In this document: piece after piece, positions 18,111-29,900 of the stretch
Layout: each line of letters begins with the position of its first letter
Position numbering within the stretch: the stretch's first letter is position 1
Source: a virus
Lineage: Duplodnaviria > Caudoviricetes
Direction: 5' to 3' (one strand)
Virus record (IMG/VR): IMGVR_UViG_3300021431_004509
Location: 1-64,000 of that record
DNA length: 64,000 nt
The notes under the pieces: model-generated
Told to the model about the DNA's origin: nothing
The model's input: the letters and a program-made list of their open reading frames with translations, nothing else
Database searches by the model: none
Translations under genes and position numbers: made by a program

Positions 18111-19898
18111 TTATGGATAGTATTTCCTGTAGTTGTTTTGAAGATCTGTTATTTTCGCGTCTACACTCTTCATCCATGCAACAAGGTCTTTATTTGCAGA
18201 CCCACCATCAAAGTTTTGAATAACAGCTTTATAAAACATCAGCGTCCACTCAGGGTTAATGTCCAGTGTGCTCTGCCTCTCTGCGACCTTCCCAAATGAG
18301 ATACCATTACCCCCATTGAGATAGTCCATAATAACGCCTGCGGTACTTAGACGCTGTGTATGTCTGACCCCATCAGTTGTTAACTTATCCTTTGCGATAA
18401 GCGTAACATCGAGGATGTGTTCGGTATCAGCAGGTATAACAACGTATCCTGTCTCCGTATACCCTGATGTAGTCACATTGATAGTGGATTTATTATATTG
18501 TACCTGCAGCGTCGTCGTATTGGTCCCGTCAAGCTTGTTGTATACGACTTCATACTCGGCCAAGCAGTAAGCGCCATAATCGTCCTTTGAATACCGATAG
18601 CCGCCATACGAATAACTGCCACTTGTGTCTCGCTTACACCGGTACACGTTTAACACTTTAATCACAGGCGCCCAGTACAGAAGGATAGAAATAGAAATAC
18701 GTCCAGAAATACCATAATCCATCCTATTACCTTGATCAATCGCTCTGTTAAAGCACCACATGTCTTGCACCCAAATTGATGCGCCGCTTTCTACCTGCTC
18801 TGCCATGTCATCGTGCCATGTTCTTGGTATGCCAACTTTAGAACTTATAGTTCCATTTCTTATATACACTTTCGTAGACGTACCGCTATCCGCAGAAAAG
18901 TCCATAACAGCATATGCGTTTTTATAGACATCACCAGTCCACATGTACTTATATTTAACAGACGGCTGAATTGTTATCGTTGCGCTATTCGCAAGATACT
19001 TTCCGTTTATCACAGCAGATTGCGGAGACCCGGTAACTATTGTTTTGGAGATATCAATTTCTGGGTATAGATCGCTATCCGTTTCAAAACTTCTTGGCCG
19101 TATCTCCGTCGTTAAATGTAAAAGAAGTATTGTTATCCCGCCTGAAAAATCACTGCTATAATATTTTGTCTGAAAACTGATTTCAACAGGCGCCCTCGTT
19201 TCGCTTGCTTCGGGCAGACAATTGGTGTTAAACACGGCAAAATAGAATTTATTGAATGCCTGCGTCGCATTAGACACAGACGTGAACGGGTCAACATAGG
19301 CGTCATGCCAATGCTCATCGCATGCAGACTTGTAATAAGTGCCAGACCCACGCTCATATGGATGCTCCCAGTGTAAAGAGCCGGAGGAGTGATACTTAGC
19401 GCCGCCTGGTATCGAACGTGAACAATTGAATGCGTACGCCCTCCCAGTAAGCAGGTATTCCGGCACTGTTACGTCAACAGGCAATACACCGCACGCCGCT
19501 TCAGTAAATGAGTTAGATACGCCGCCAGATTCTGTAACTGTCACAGAAATGCTAAATTCAGACCCATTGTTCGGAATTTGGATTTCAGTTTCTGACGATA
19601 CCTTGACATAGTATGCCATCCAATTCCCGCTTGAACTATAGCCGTTACTCATGACGGATGCTGACGTTGTAAATGTATGTGTTTCGCCAGATCCAACTTT
19701 TATCGCAATCGTAAACGGGAGCCTATCAGCGATTGAATCCTTTGTTGGCCCATATATACTAAAACCATTCATACATAAGTAAGAAGGCGATGATTCAGAA
19801 GCCATATCTGCGTAAACGTCGTAACATGTTTCCACATAATAGCTCCCGAATAATCTTCGCACGCCCTTCCATTGCTCTGGAATCTTTTCAATTGCCAA
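18111..19898 (-). CDS. Minor tail protein (DUF859-like C-terminus)
   Basis: 'IMDYLNGGNGISFGKVAE' motif; paralog of the upstream gene. Confidence 0.65.
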   Translation of the reverse strand: MAIEKIPEQWKGVRRLFGSYYVETCYDVYADMASESSPSYLCMNGFSIYGPTKDSIADRLPFTIAIKVGSGETHTFTTSASVMSNGYSSSGNWMAYYVKVSSETEIQIPNNGSEFSISVTVTESGGVSNSFTEAACGVLPVDVTVPEYLLTGRAYAFNCSRSIPGGAKYHSSGSLHWEHPYERGSGTYYKSACDEHWHDAYVDPFTSVSNATQAFNKFYFAVFNTNCLPEASETRAPVEISFQTKYYSSDFSGGITILLLHLTTEIRPRSFETDSDLYPEIDISKTIVTGSPQSAVINGKYLANSATITIQPSVKYKYMWTGDVYKNAYAVMDFSADSGTSTKVYIRNGTISSKVGIPRTWHDDMAEQVESGASIWVQDMWCFNRAIDQGNRMDYGISGRISISILLYWAPVIKVLNVYRCKRDTSGSYSYGGYRYSKDDYGAYCLAEYEVVYNKLDGTNTTTLQVQYNKSTINVTTSGYTETGYVVIPADTEHILDVTLIAKDKLTTDGVRHTQRLSTAGVIMDYLNGGNGISFGKVAERQSTLDINPEWTLMFYKAVIQNFDGGSANKDLVAWMKSVDAKITDLQNNYRKYYP

Positions 19899-22379
19899 TT
19901 AATCGCCCCCGTTCGTACTCTTGAAGTATATATTTCGAATATCAATAAATGAACTATTCTGATAATGACCGCTGAAAGCGAAATAGACCCACAAGTCTCT
20001 GCCCAAATAGTTTGACACATCGATTACAACCTGGGCACCGCTTGAATAACTATAGTATTCAGAATATCCAGTTGAACGGTCGTGATGAAATGTCCCGGGT
20101 ATTACTCTTGAAATTACATAAGAAGAAGATGGCCCCTGTGGGTCTGATGTGGATAAATAGATGTTTGGTTGATACGAAGGATTCTCATAAGCACCGTCAA
20201 AATATACGTTATATTCTGCCTTAATCACAAGATAGGGCCTAATTATTCTAAGAGGCTCAGATATCTTTGCTCCGCCGTACGCATCCTGCCTGTCGATATA
20301 CATGTACGCGTCATCATAATCAGTGTAGTGCTGACCAGTTTGAGCGTTCGTTATGTTTTTTTGACGCCGCAGCTGTGTTGACGAATCAAGCACAACAAGC
20401 CCGGTTACACCATGAAACCTTGAACAATTGTTATTGTTCGTATCAACGACGTAGACATATTGCATATCTTCAAGCTCTTGTAATTTATTTTCTACGGATA
20501 ACATCCATGAGCGCATATCCTGATCGGTCCCGTCATTATTATAACTGCCAACAGTTATTTGCTGTGGCATCAATACATCCCATGTCCGGTGAACTTCTAC
20601 AGCCTTTTTTGTTTCGGCAACCTTTCCGATGCCAACACCGCTTCCGCCGTTGAGGAAGTCAAGAATAGCGGGAACTGTGCTGAGAGGCATAGAGATATCT
20701 TTCCACTTGAAATGGTCATGTACTGTAAACTGCACCGTATAGCTCTTCTCGGTCCCGATTTTCTTTGCAAAGAACCCGCTTTGTGTATATCCTGTTGTTG
20801 CAAGACTATAAATATGATCTATAGTTATCCTAATATCGCGATCGTTTTTGTTATTTATCGGGTCAATCTTGAACCCCCATTTTACGATGCAATATTCTCC
20901 ATAGTCATCTTCAACATATTTTGTTCCGTCAACTAAATATGTTTGCCCGGTAACACTACCGTCGTAAATCGAACATCTGACAGAGTCGAACTGTGTTATT
21001 TCCGGTTCTGTATATGGTAGGATACTGAAAGAATCCGTAAATGTGTATTCCCGGCCAACATTATCCGAAAGTATATACTCAATCTTTGTATTGTTTACAG
21101 CGTTTTGGAAATCTGTATTATAAGAGAATGTATTCGGCGTAATGTAAATCGGGTATGTCGCGCTGTCTTCATTGCTCCATATAAATGTCTTTAATACGCC
21201 ACTTGAATAATCGTTTACTATTGCTTTGCACAAATATGCTCCATACGGCAAAATACCACGACTGATTCCGTATGTATCCGTTTGTGACCCCTTGTACGCT
21301 ATACTGTATTTATAGCTGACATTATTCTGTACGTATGCTCCGAATTTTGAGAGCGTTGCCTGATTACTTTCACTTACGCTATTCCTCAATAGGATGGGAT
21401 CTAGCGCGGCATCTATCTCCTCACGGGTAGTAACGGTTATTTCTTTTGCCGTAGAACAAATCGTAATCGTGTACTCGTCAGGATATCTCCCATAGTTGTA
21501 TCCCCAAAAATCAATATACCATGCTTTATCACCGAACCCGGAATCATGCGGATAATAATTTGCGCCACCGGTAATTGCAGCATAAGAAGATACCTCCTCT
21601 TCTGGCCCTTCTTGCTCTTCTTGCTCTGTGCCCAGCCTGTCTGTATAAAAAGGTACGACTTCAAATTTGTTAAATTCTGTCTCGGTATCATCCTGTTGAA
21701 ACCTCCAGCCTTCAGACAATTCAATCTTTTGATACGGGTTGATATAGCATCCAGCTTTATGGCGACGCCCAAGGCTCGGGAACTCGTACTCAAATTGCAT
21801 CCATGAAGAAACGATTATTTTGGCTGCTGCGGTCGCCCCGGCGGATCGATCAATGATATTGCACATCGCATGGCTAAGTGTATACTCGTTGATAGCGCCT
21901 GTGTTAATAGTGTCGGGACCAGAAATCTTATTCACATATGGCCCGGCCGCATGTTCGATAAATGAAAACTCTTCGCCATTTTTATCAACCAGCGTCGTGT
22001 TGATCGTAAACGGCTCTGCGTCAGTTGGAACAGTAATATGTACGTTCGAAGAAAACTCAATGAAAAACGTCTGGTCTTCATCCATATCCAAGACGTCTGG
22101 ATTAATTCTGTAATCCCCGGAATATTTAATGTTATCCCCGCTATCAAATGAGTACTCCTCGCCATCTCCGTTGATTTGTACCTTAATCGCAAAAGGGGCG
22201 TGGTCGCTGATCTGCGTCTTTGCGTTTCCATTGCTACGAATCCGAAATCCTTGAATGACAATGTATGGATCTTTTGACAGATCGTCGTTGTCAAGGTAGA
22301 CACCATACTGATTCCGCACCATAAACTGACTAAACCGATGGCAGCCACGCCAATCGTCTGTAAGCTTTGTATATGCCAT
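19899..22379 (-). CDS. Minor tail protein (DUF859-like), paralog of 18111..19898
   Basis: 'ILDFLNGGSGVGIGKVAE'; similar N-terminus (W+G..R); directly after Tal. Confidence 0.65.
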   Translation of the reverse strand: MAYTKLTDDWRGCHRFSQFMVRNQYGVYLDNDDLSKDPYIVIQGFRIRSNGNAKTQISDHAPFAIKVQINGDGEEYSFDSGDNIKYSGDYRINPDVLDMDEDQTFFIEFSSNVHITVPTDAEPFTINTTLVDKNGEEFSFIEHAAGPYVNKISGPDTINTGAINEYTLSHAMCNIIDRSAGATAAAKIIVSSWMQFEYEFPSLGRRHKAGCYINPYQKIELSEGWRFQQDDTETEFNKFEVVPFYTDRLGTEQEEQEGPEEEVSSYAAITGGANYYPHDSGFGDKAWYIDFWGYNYGRYPDEYTITICSTAKEITVTTREEIDAALDPILLRNSVSESNQATLSKFGAYVQNNVSYKYSIAYKGSQTDTYGISRGILPYGAYLCKAIVNDYSSGVLKTFIWSNEDSATYPIYITPNTFSYNTDFQNAVNNTKIEYILSDNVGREYTFTDSFSILPYTEPEITQFDSVRCSIYDGSVTGQTYLVDGTKYVEDDYGEYCIVKWGFKIDPINNKNDRDIRITIDHIYSLATTGYTQSGFFAKKIGTEKSYTVQFTVHDHFKWKDISMPLSTVPAILDFLNGGSGVGIGKVAETKKAVEVHRTWDVLMPQQITVGSYNNDGTDQDMRSWMLSVENKLQELEDMQYVYVVDTNNNNCSRFHGVTGLVVLDSSTQLRRQKNITNAQTGQHYTDYDDAYMYIDRQDAYGGAKISEPLRIIRPYLVIKAEYNVYFDGAYENPSYQPNIYLSTSDPQGPSSSYVISRVIPGTFHHDRSTGYSEYYSYSSGAQVVIDVSNYLGRDLWVYFAFSGHYQNSSFIDIRNIYFKSTNGGD

Positions 22380-25300
22380 TACGAATCACCAACCCACAAT
22401 ACACTCACGTTACCAGAGGAACGCGGCTGGAACTGAATGCTGCCAAGGCGCAAACTGCCGCCAACAGGTATATTGACCATCTTCGGCATGTACTGCTCGT
22501 TGATGTTCCAATACGTTACAACTTGCCCGTTGACTTTCATGGAGATCTGGTCATTGGATATTTCCATAACGGTATCACTGTCACTCTTGCTGATCTCAGC
22601 TCCATTTGCCGTCACACGAAATGCAGTTGTGATTTCACCAATGTTCTCTTCATTCTGTGTAACGCGTGCTTCGAGACTGTTATCATTCTGGATCAATTGT
22701 GTCGTTGTTTCGAGCAATCTGTTATTAACCAGCGTCATGATCCGCCCGTTGTTTACCTCGATTGCGGCATTGATCTGATCCTGATCAACGCCTTTGTTCG
22801 CGATCTCCTCCAACGTCATCAGTCCGTCTCCGGTCTCAACAGAGGACGATGCATTGAGCTGCAAATTTCCGTTGGAGTCAATGCTCAGAATATTCGTCAG
22901 CGTTCCATCATCATTCTTCCTGATGATGCGGAATGTCTTCGCCCCATCGCCGCGCTCCGTGATCAGCGTAAAGCCATCTTCGTCCAGCGTTACGCTCCCG
23001 CTGTCGTTATAGATTCCGGCCTCCTTGGACAGCAGCATGTTGCCTACCAGGACATCGGCGATCACGCCGTATCGCGTCTCTTCTCTGTTCGTCTTCGGAT
23101 TCGTAAAGGTAAATCGCCCGATGCCGGTGCGTGCCGTCAGCCATCCGTCATCCGTGACATACAGTCCGCTGCTGATCAGTTTGACCTGCTCCGGGGAGTA
23201 ACTTCCGGTCTCCGGGATATACTCACGCCCGGTGATGCCGGACTCGTCGATGATGAACTCCTGGTTGTCAGCGCCTCCGATAATTTTCGTGGTCAGCTTA
23301 AACCCGCTGCTCGCCCAATCGTCCAGCGTTTCTTTGCTCTTTTTCCCGGACTCCGCCTGACGCGTAACGGCGCCGTAGGATGTTGTCATATTTTTTGCCT
23401 GCTCCAGCACGCTCTCGATATCCGATGCGGAGTCATGCCCGAACTTCACGTCGGTAAACTCCACGTCGAGCGTCCAGTCATTATACTGTACGCTGTATTC
23501 GCTCAATCTCAGCCGGTAGACGTTCTCATCCACCTCGATGCGTATCCAGTTTCCACAGGCAAACATGTGGACGATCGGCGCAAACTCCCTCATCGAAAGC
23601 AGATCGGACAGCGTGCTCGTCACAGAGTGCTGCAGCGTCGCGGATGTGACGATCTCCTTTTCCGCAATAGCGATGAACTCAAGCGCCCGCGCAAACAATT
23701 CTTCGTTGTTCAGCCCGTCTGAAATATAATTATTGTTGCTGTAAGTATCTTCTCTGCGATAACTTGCAAACTCCTCCCAGAGTTCCGGCCCGAGGAATGC
23801 CTCAAAATTCTGGATCTCCTGAATCTCGTTTCGATGCGCCTCGATCAGCGACTGCATCCCATCCGAAAGGATACCTCCGTTTTCATCCCGTACGCCCGCG
23901 ACAACAGCAAGCTCATTTGACCGCTGCAGGATCTCCGATTCGATCGCAGACATTTTATCCCGGAAGGGGAGAAACAGATTGGTATACAAATCATCGTCTT
24001 TGCTTGCCCAACTCTCCTTGTCTGCAACGCCTTGCTGAATCAGAATATCCAGAGACGCCTGGCACGCATCGCGAAACGCAAGCAGGCGCTGCATGGAGTA
24101 TTTTTGCATCTCCGTCTGGAAGGATGGGAGATCAAGCTTGAACAGCTCTGAGACGTCCGTAATGTCATCCGACCTCTGCGCCATTGTCCTCGTGATCTTC
24201 TGCCTGATATACCGCTCCAGATCCTCCGTGATCGTCACGTTGACCATCTCGGAGTCCGCGGTGTCTTCCTCGTCGCTGTAGTTTGTAATAGTAAAGTTGC
24301 CGCACCAAACATGGGATACCGCATCATAACTGCTCTCTTTTACTTTGACCTGATAAGTCCCTCGTACCAGACACTTTGCCATCCCGAGCGCCGCGCTTGC
24401 CGCCGTACTCGGCGTGCAGGACTCCAGATCAGAGACGGCGATAGGGGAGAGGTTGAACCCGTCAAGCTTCTGCGCCTCTTTTGCGGCAGTCGTACCTGAC
24501 GTATCAACGTTTGGCATCAGACCGCTGTTGAGGAACAGCTGTAAATCTATCGTATTGTAGTATGCCGTCATCAGCTGCGGATACCCGACGATCTGTTCCG
24601 GGATCTTCTGCAGCTCCTCGTCGAACGGCAGATATTTTTCAACAATGGCGTTATACTGCGTGAGCAGATCCTCCGGAGGGCGATAGCCATATTGATCCTG
24701 GTACAGCTCGTACATCTCTTCGTAGTCATTTAAGCGCTGGCGAAGAGCGGGAGACATGTCCTCTTTCAGTTCGTCTGAGATATACCAGATGTACTGGCTG
24801 CCGTTCGGATTGCAGTTGACAACGGTCGCTGTCATCAGATCGTCGCCTGCTTCCAGCCGGAAGCAGTTCTTCACGCTGTCAACATCTGTTGAGTAAGTGA
24901 TGTTTTCGGCAAGGTTGTCCTTGGATACAAAGATGGTTGTGTCCTCGCCGTATCCCATTCTGATATTCGAACTGCCGCACTTGTCACACACGCCGACAAA
25001 GTCCCCGCGCTTTCCGCAGTCACGGCAGACGTTCTCCATGTCATACACACTGATTGCACGGTCGATCTTCCCGTCGTCGCTTTTGGAACATTCAAACTTG
25101 AATAGGCAGTTGATCTCCTTCGCAACTTCCTGGTAGCAGTCGTAAATACTCTTGTTGTCAAAACGGAATGTACGCTGAATCCCGGCGATGGAATCATCCA
25201 CATATTTGACATGGTAGTGCGGTGCCTTATACAAAAGCCTGTCTACAAGAGAAATGCTTTTGTCGTCGGGGGAGTATAAGACTGTCGGCTTATAGTCCTC

Positions 25301-25693
25301 CCGCTCAATGTCCGCCTCTGTGTTGATCTCGATATCATGTACATTGATCTGACTCAGCTCAGCTTCCCCGAGAGATACGGCAGAGCACGTTTTCACGGTC
25401 TCGTCATTCTCGTCGATCTGTACGTAGATCTCGTACCACATGTCATATTCCGGGCAGTAGGCAAGCTTGAAGTCCGTGATCCTGCGCCAGAATGATTCGT
25501 CAATCTTTTTGTTTCTGTCAACGCAGGCTGTCTTATGTACAGTGAAGGAGAACTCAGACCCGTTCACCAACGTGTCTTTGAACACTACATCGCTGATCGG
25601 CAGCTGCCGGATGCGGTTGCCGCTCTTCGTTGCAAGAATCAGTCTTGGCGGCAGGGGATTGTTCGCCGTGTCAAACTGCACTTTTATTGCCAT
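22379..25693 (-). CDS. Tail spike / Tal-like baseplate hub protein
   Basis: Position after Dit; 'TDDGWLTARTGIG...YGVIADVLVG' motif; internal Zn knuckle CRDC...CDKC. Confidence 0.7.
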   Translation of the reverse strand: MAIKVQFDTANNPLPPRLILATKSGNRIRQLPISDVVFKDTLVNGSEFSFTVHKTACVDRNKKIDESFWRRITDFKLAYCPEYDMWYEIYVQIDENDETVKTCSAVSLGEAELSQINVHDIEINTEADIEREDYKPTVLYSPDDKSISLVDRLLYKAPHYHVKYVDDSIAGIQRTFRFDNKSIYDCYQEVAKEINCLFKFECSKSDDGKIDRAISVYDMENVCRDCGKRGDFVGVCDKCGSSNIRMGYGEDTTIFVSKDNLAENITYSTDVDSVKNCFRLEAGDDLMTATVVNCNPNGSQYIWYISDELKEDMSPALRQRLNDYEEMYELYQDQYGYRPPEDLLTQYNAIVEKYLPFDEELQKIPEQIVGYPQLMTAYYNTIDLQLFLNSGLMPNVDTSGTTAAKEAQKLDGFNLSPIAVSDLESCTPSTAASAALGMAKCLVRGTYQVKVKESSYDAVSHVWCGNFTITNYSDEEDTADSEMVNVTITEDLERYIRQKITRTMAQRSDDITDVSELFKLDLPSFQTEMQKYSMQRLLAFRDACQASLDILIQQGVADKESWASKDDDLYTNLFLPFRDKMSAIESEILQRSNELAVVAGVRDENGGILSDGMQSLIEAHRNEIQEIQNFEAFLGPELWEEFASYRREDTYSNNNYISDGLNNEELFARALEFIAIAEKEIVTSATLQHSVTSTLSDLLSMREFAPIVHMFACGNWIRIEVDENVYRLRLSEYSVQYNDWTLDVEFTDVKFGHDSASDIESVLEQAKNMTTSYGAVTRQAESGKKSKETLDDWASSGFKLTTKIIGGADNQEFIIDESGITGREYIPETGSYSPEQVKLISSGLYVTDDGWLTARTGIGRFTFTNPKTNREETRYGVIADVLVGNMLLSKEAGIYNDSGSVTLDEDGFTLITERGDGAKTFRIIRKNDDGTLTNILSIDSNGNLQLNASSSVETGDGLMTLEEIANKGVDQDQINAAIEVNNGRIMTLVNNRLLETTTQLIQNDNSLEARVTQNEENIGEITTAFRVTANGAEISKSDSDTVMEISNDQISMKVNGQVVTYWNINEQYMPKMVNIPVGGSLRLGSIQFQPRSSGNVSVLWVGDS

Positions 25694-25704
25694 CCTGCAT
25701 CACC

Positions 25705-26523
25705 TCACAATGTATCTTTATAGATCGGCCGATAGGAAAGTACGACTGTACATGGCATGCTTGCCGTCACCATGTTGTCTCTGTCGCTGTACGTATTCCC
25801 AAGCCGAAAGAACTCGTAGTTAAAATCGTTCGCGATGTCATGCGCATCATCGCTCGTCTCGATGATCATGGTGTCTCCGCTCTGTGTAATTACCTCACCG
25901 CTTGAGCAATTCTCAACGGAGAACGTGCGCCCTGTCATTTCATTTGCCAAGCTCAGTGCGCCCGTGCCGTTGCACGTCACTTCCATATATGGCGTGATCT
26001 CACCAATCTCATCGTTTTGATCACGGATGTTTTTCGTCAGTTCACCGTCTGTAAACGAAACGGTCTGCCTCACTTCCTCGCCGTAACCAAAAGGGGAGTC
26101 CGTCGTAATATCAAGGCTGATCCCAACCGTATCACCGGCAAACTGAATCTTGCTCAGCCGAAAGCTTGCACGGAACCAGGCCGTTGCCGGTGCGCATCCG
26201 CATGTGTCGTATCCGTGAAACCACAGAAACTCTCGTCTGTTCAGCCACCGGCTCAACTGCCTGAACTCTTCCGGGCTGATCACCATCTCTTCCTCTGTGA
26301 AGATTTCCGGGTCTTTGCAGATCTGGATGGTAGCTTCCAGACAGTCCTCATATTTTGTTCCGCCGACAATAAACCGTTTCCCGGCGTTAACTGGGTAAGT
26401 AATGAAAGAAACTTCTGACCCCTTCTGTGTCACGTTTGCTCCGCTCTGACGGTTGAACTCACACACGATGAATCCAAAGTCGCTCAACACTGTCCCGTCA
26501 TATTCAAAATTCGTGATATACAA
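25705..26523 (-). CDS. Distal tail protein (Dit-like)
   Basis: 'FEYDG..LSDFGFIVC', 'RWLNR..F', 'TDSPFGYG'; AGGAGG SD and TTG at 26523. Confidence 0.7.
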   Translation of the reverse strand: MYITNFEYDGTVLSDFGFIVCEFNRQSGANVTQKGSEVSFITYPVNAGKRFIVGGTKYEDCLEATIQICKDPEIFTEEEMVISPEEFRQLSRWLNRREFLWFHGYDTCGCAPATAWFRASFRLSKIQFAGDTVGISLDITTDSPFGYGEEVRQTVSFTDGELTKNIRDQNDEIGEITPYMEVTCNGTGALSLANEMTGRTFSVENCSSGEVITQSGDTMIIETSDDAHDIANDFNYEFFRLGNTYSDRDNMVTASMPCTVVLSYRPIYKDTL

Positions 26524-26863
26524 TGCCTGTTGTGCCCTCCTTTCTGATCTGCTTTTGCATCTGTCGAAGCAGCTGCTCCATCTCTGTTTTGTATGTCTTC
26601 TCAAGCTTCTTCAGGTCACCAAGGCGCTCCCGGAACGCCGCCTCGGCCTCCGCAGCGCGTTCTATCCCCTCTGATGCTTCGAAGCACACTTTATCGTAAA
26701 CGGCCTGCAAATCATCGTGTCGTTTTTGCAGCGCCGCAATTTGTTCGTCTTTTCGTTTGATCGCTTTGTTTAGAATTTCAATCTCGTCTTTAAGCTCTTT
26801 GTTTTCTTTACGCATATCTTCCAACATGCGCTGCTGATACACCGCTTTTCTTTCGTTGTTCAT
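26504..26863 (-). CDS. Coiled-coil hypothetical protein
   Basis: Heptad-rich 119-aa ORF between tape measure and Dit. Confidence 0.6.
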   Translation of the reverse strand: MNNERKAVYQQRMLEDMRKENKELKDEIEILNKAIKRKDEQIAALQKRHDDLQAVYDKVCFEASEGIERAAEAEAAFRERLGDLKKLEKTYKTEMEQLLRQMQKQIRKEGTTGIVYHEF

Positions 26864-26882
26864 ATTTCCCCTTCCACTCAAA

Positions 26883-26910
26883 GAGAGGGTATGGACAACC
26901 ATACCCTCTC
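26883..26910. other. Perfect hairpin after the tape measure gene
   Basis: GAGAGGGTATGG-ACAA-CCATACCCTCTC. Confidence 0.6.
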
Positions 26911-26918
26911 AGTCCGTA

Positions 26919-29900
26919 TTAGTTTACACGGATGCCGTATTTACCGAGTGAACTCTTGCCGGCAGCGCGATCAAGAGTGATCGCGTTGATCAACCTGTCA
27001 AACTTCGGATCTTTCTGCATCTGCGCCAACATGTCGTTGTAATCAAGCACTTTCCCGATCGGGATATTGACCTCCAGCGTACCGATCTGGATTCCGCCGC
27101 CGGAGCCGAACATGCCTGTCGAAATGCCGCTGCCTATAGATGCGCCGACGTCGTTGAGCCCCCTCATCATGGCCGCAGCCTCCAGGAACTTCTTCGTGTC
27201 CGCAGCGCTCAGCACCATCTCTGGATCGCCTGGCGTTCCGTGTACCGCGGCGAGACCGGTGTAATCGATCAAACCGCCCTTCGCGTATGCCTTCACGGCG
27301 CCGGATGCACGCGCCATTGCGCTGACGTTTGCCGAGATATTGGTTAAAACCGTATGTACGCTTGAAATATCCTCAAATACGTAGCTGTAGTTTGCAAAGG
27401 TGTCAGACAGCGCCGTGCGCATCTCGTCTGTTACAGAGTATCCAACCTCAGCCGCGGCGTCATTGATTTCATTCCGGATCTCTGTGAGGTTCGCATTCGT
27501 TACCTCGATCATATCCTCCATCAAAACATCCACGTCATCCAGCCGCTTATTCAGGAACTCTTCGTATTCGTCATACAGCTCGCCGAGCAGTTTCTTCTGG
27601 TCGCTGATGCTCTGCTCATACTCCGTCTCCTGCAGATTCTCTCTGGCGTCACGCAGCTGCTTCTGCAGCTTCTGTACCCTCGCGCGATTCTCTTCCGAGG
27701 TATCGTTCTGATAAGCCGACAGCTGTTTCTCCAGCGCTGCAATGTCTCCGGTCTGCTGCATAACCTTCTTCTGGTACTCGTATAAATCCTTCGCGCTGTC
27801 CAGAGACTCCTCGTATGCATTGATCAGATCATTCAAGGAGCTGAGCTCAAGCTGGATACCCTGTGAGACAAGATCTTTTACGGCGTCCTTCTCGCCTTCG
27901 GCTGCCTCAATGGACTGCCGCTGTAAACTGATCAGGGTGTTCCTCCGCTCGATCAGTTCCTTGTTGTACGGGTCGCTTGCAAGCTCACGCTGAATCCGCT
28001 GCATCTCCTGCGCATAGGAGTCCGCCTGCTCCATATAGCTGTTGTAATTCAGCACGCGCATACCGACAGTCGCCATGCCCTTTTCGGAGAACTGCCCGCG
28101 ATCATCAAACAGCTTGTCGTTCGCCATCACATTGATGAGGAAGTTTGCTTCGTCTGTAAGCTTCCCGAACTGTTCATGCATATAATCAAAGTACTGCCAT
28201 CCGATATCCCGGATCGTCTTTTGATACTCCACAAGCTGAACGTTGGCGTCAGCAATGGACTCCTTGACACCGTCGATTTCCTGCTTCATCTCATACCACG
28301 CCTCGCTGCCCTCCTCAATTTCATGGGAGTTCATCGCGTCGTTGAAATACGTCTGCAGGCTTGCAAGCTCCTCTTTCAGCTTCGCCACATACTCCGTCTG
28401 TGACCCCACAAGATCCTCGTACCTCTCCGCGCTCGTCAGGTAGCCCTTTGCTTCGATCATGGACAGATCTTTGTTTGTCATCTCCGCCGCATGTTCAATA
28501 TCCTTCAGCTGATTTTCAAAGTCAGTCTGTGCGTTATTGAACATATCCACATAGAGGTCCGCGATCTCCTGATGCAGCCCCTCGACGGCGTCCTTGCAGT
28601 CAAGCGCCTTCTCATACCATTCGGAGTATTCGTCGATCAGCTTCCGCGTCTCTTCGTCGTACTTCTGGATATCGATGGTGCCGTCACGCACCAGTGCGGC
28701 GATGCTCTCCGACAAGCCGACGCTCTTCGCCTCTGCCTCATAACGGGTCATGCCTGCCTGCTGCTTTTCGATCTCCTCCGTCAGCTTGCTGACTTCGTCT
28801 TTCGCGGCGCTTGCCCTCGTGCTGAGCTTCTTAAACCCGGAGGACGCGACCTTTTCCAGCGCGGCGGCAGCGCGCTGCACGCGGTTTAGCGCAACTGCAA
28901 TCCAGTCGACCTTCTGTGGCTCCGACTGTGATGCATAGTCCGCATGGCCGACAGATCCGCCTCCACCGACATATCCACTGCTACCGCCGTGGTTTGCTGC
29001 CCCAGTGTTAAGATCTGGCAGTCTTGTGCTTGACTGCTTCGTGCGTGGCATCTCGCCAGTTACAAAGTTATATCCGCAGTACTTACACGTAGTTGCACTA
29101 AATGTCGTCGTAGACCCGCAATGTGGACATTTCTTTTGATGCTCAACACCGGAGTTAACATTGGAATCCTGTGGCCCCCAACTACCGTTATCTATGTAAC
29201 TCTGCCAGATGTCATCGTATCCGGCTATCTGAGCGCCGCCATAACTTTCGTGTGTATAATATGGATAATAGTCATCATTCTCGTGGCCAACAGTTATGTC
29301 TTTGTTCCCACCACCGACGCGTTTTCCATTTTTATACCTGGCACCACACTTCGGGCATGTCGCAGTAATACCGTTTGGATACTCAAGAAGGCCATACCTC
29401 CAACTATATCCACATACCTCGCATGTAAAAGTAGCAGACACACCGCCAGTGAACATGGCGTCTGTTTTCTTGCCGCTCAGAAGTCTATCACGCAGTGACG
29501 CTCTCGTCGTTCCAGACGCAAGTGACCTGACAGGGATGTTTGAATATCTACCGCCGAGAATCTTCTTAGTATCTTCTGCATTGAAGACAATCGCGTCTTT
29601 GCTTAGATCCGTGAATCCAGGCTTCCCATTGTTCGCAATATAGGCTTTCCCTTCATCCGAGATTAACTCCGGACCAAGCTCGTTAACAAGCGTCTCGCCT
29701 GAAGCTCTCGTCGGACCGCCCAACGCTTTCGCGGCACCCTGTCGCGATGTACTTCCGCCGTTAATGAGATTTTTGACACCAGACACGGCAGACGAAAGTC
29801 CGCCAAGTCCTGGTATTAATGTCACATTTGTCTGATACCCTGGCGCGAAGATGCTTCTAAGCATCTCGTCAATTTGCCTCGCGTGATCTGTCGCGTTATC

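Noticed and set aside
22367-23722. 451-aa plus-strand ORF
   Set aside because: Antisense shadow of the Tal-like gene.
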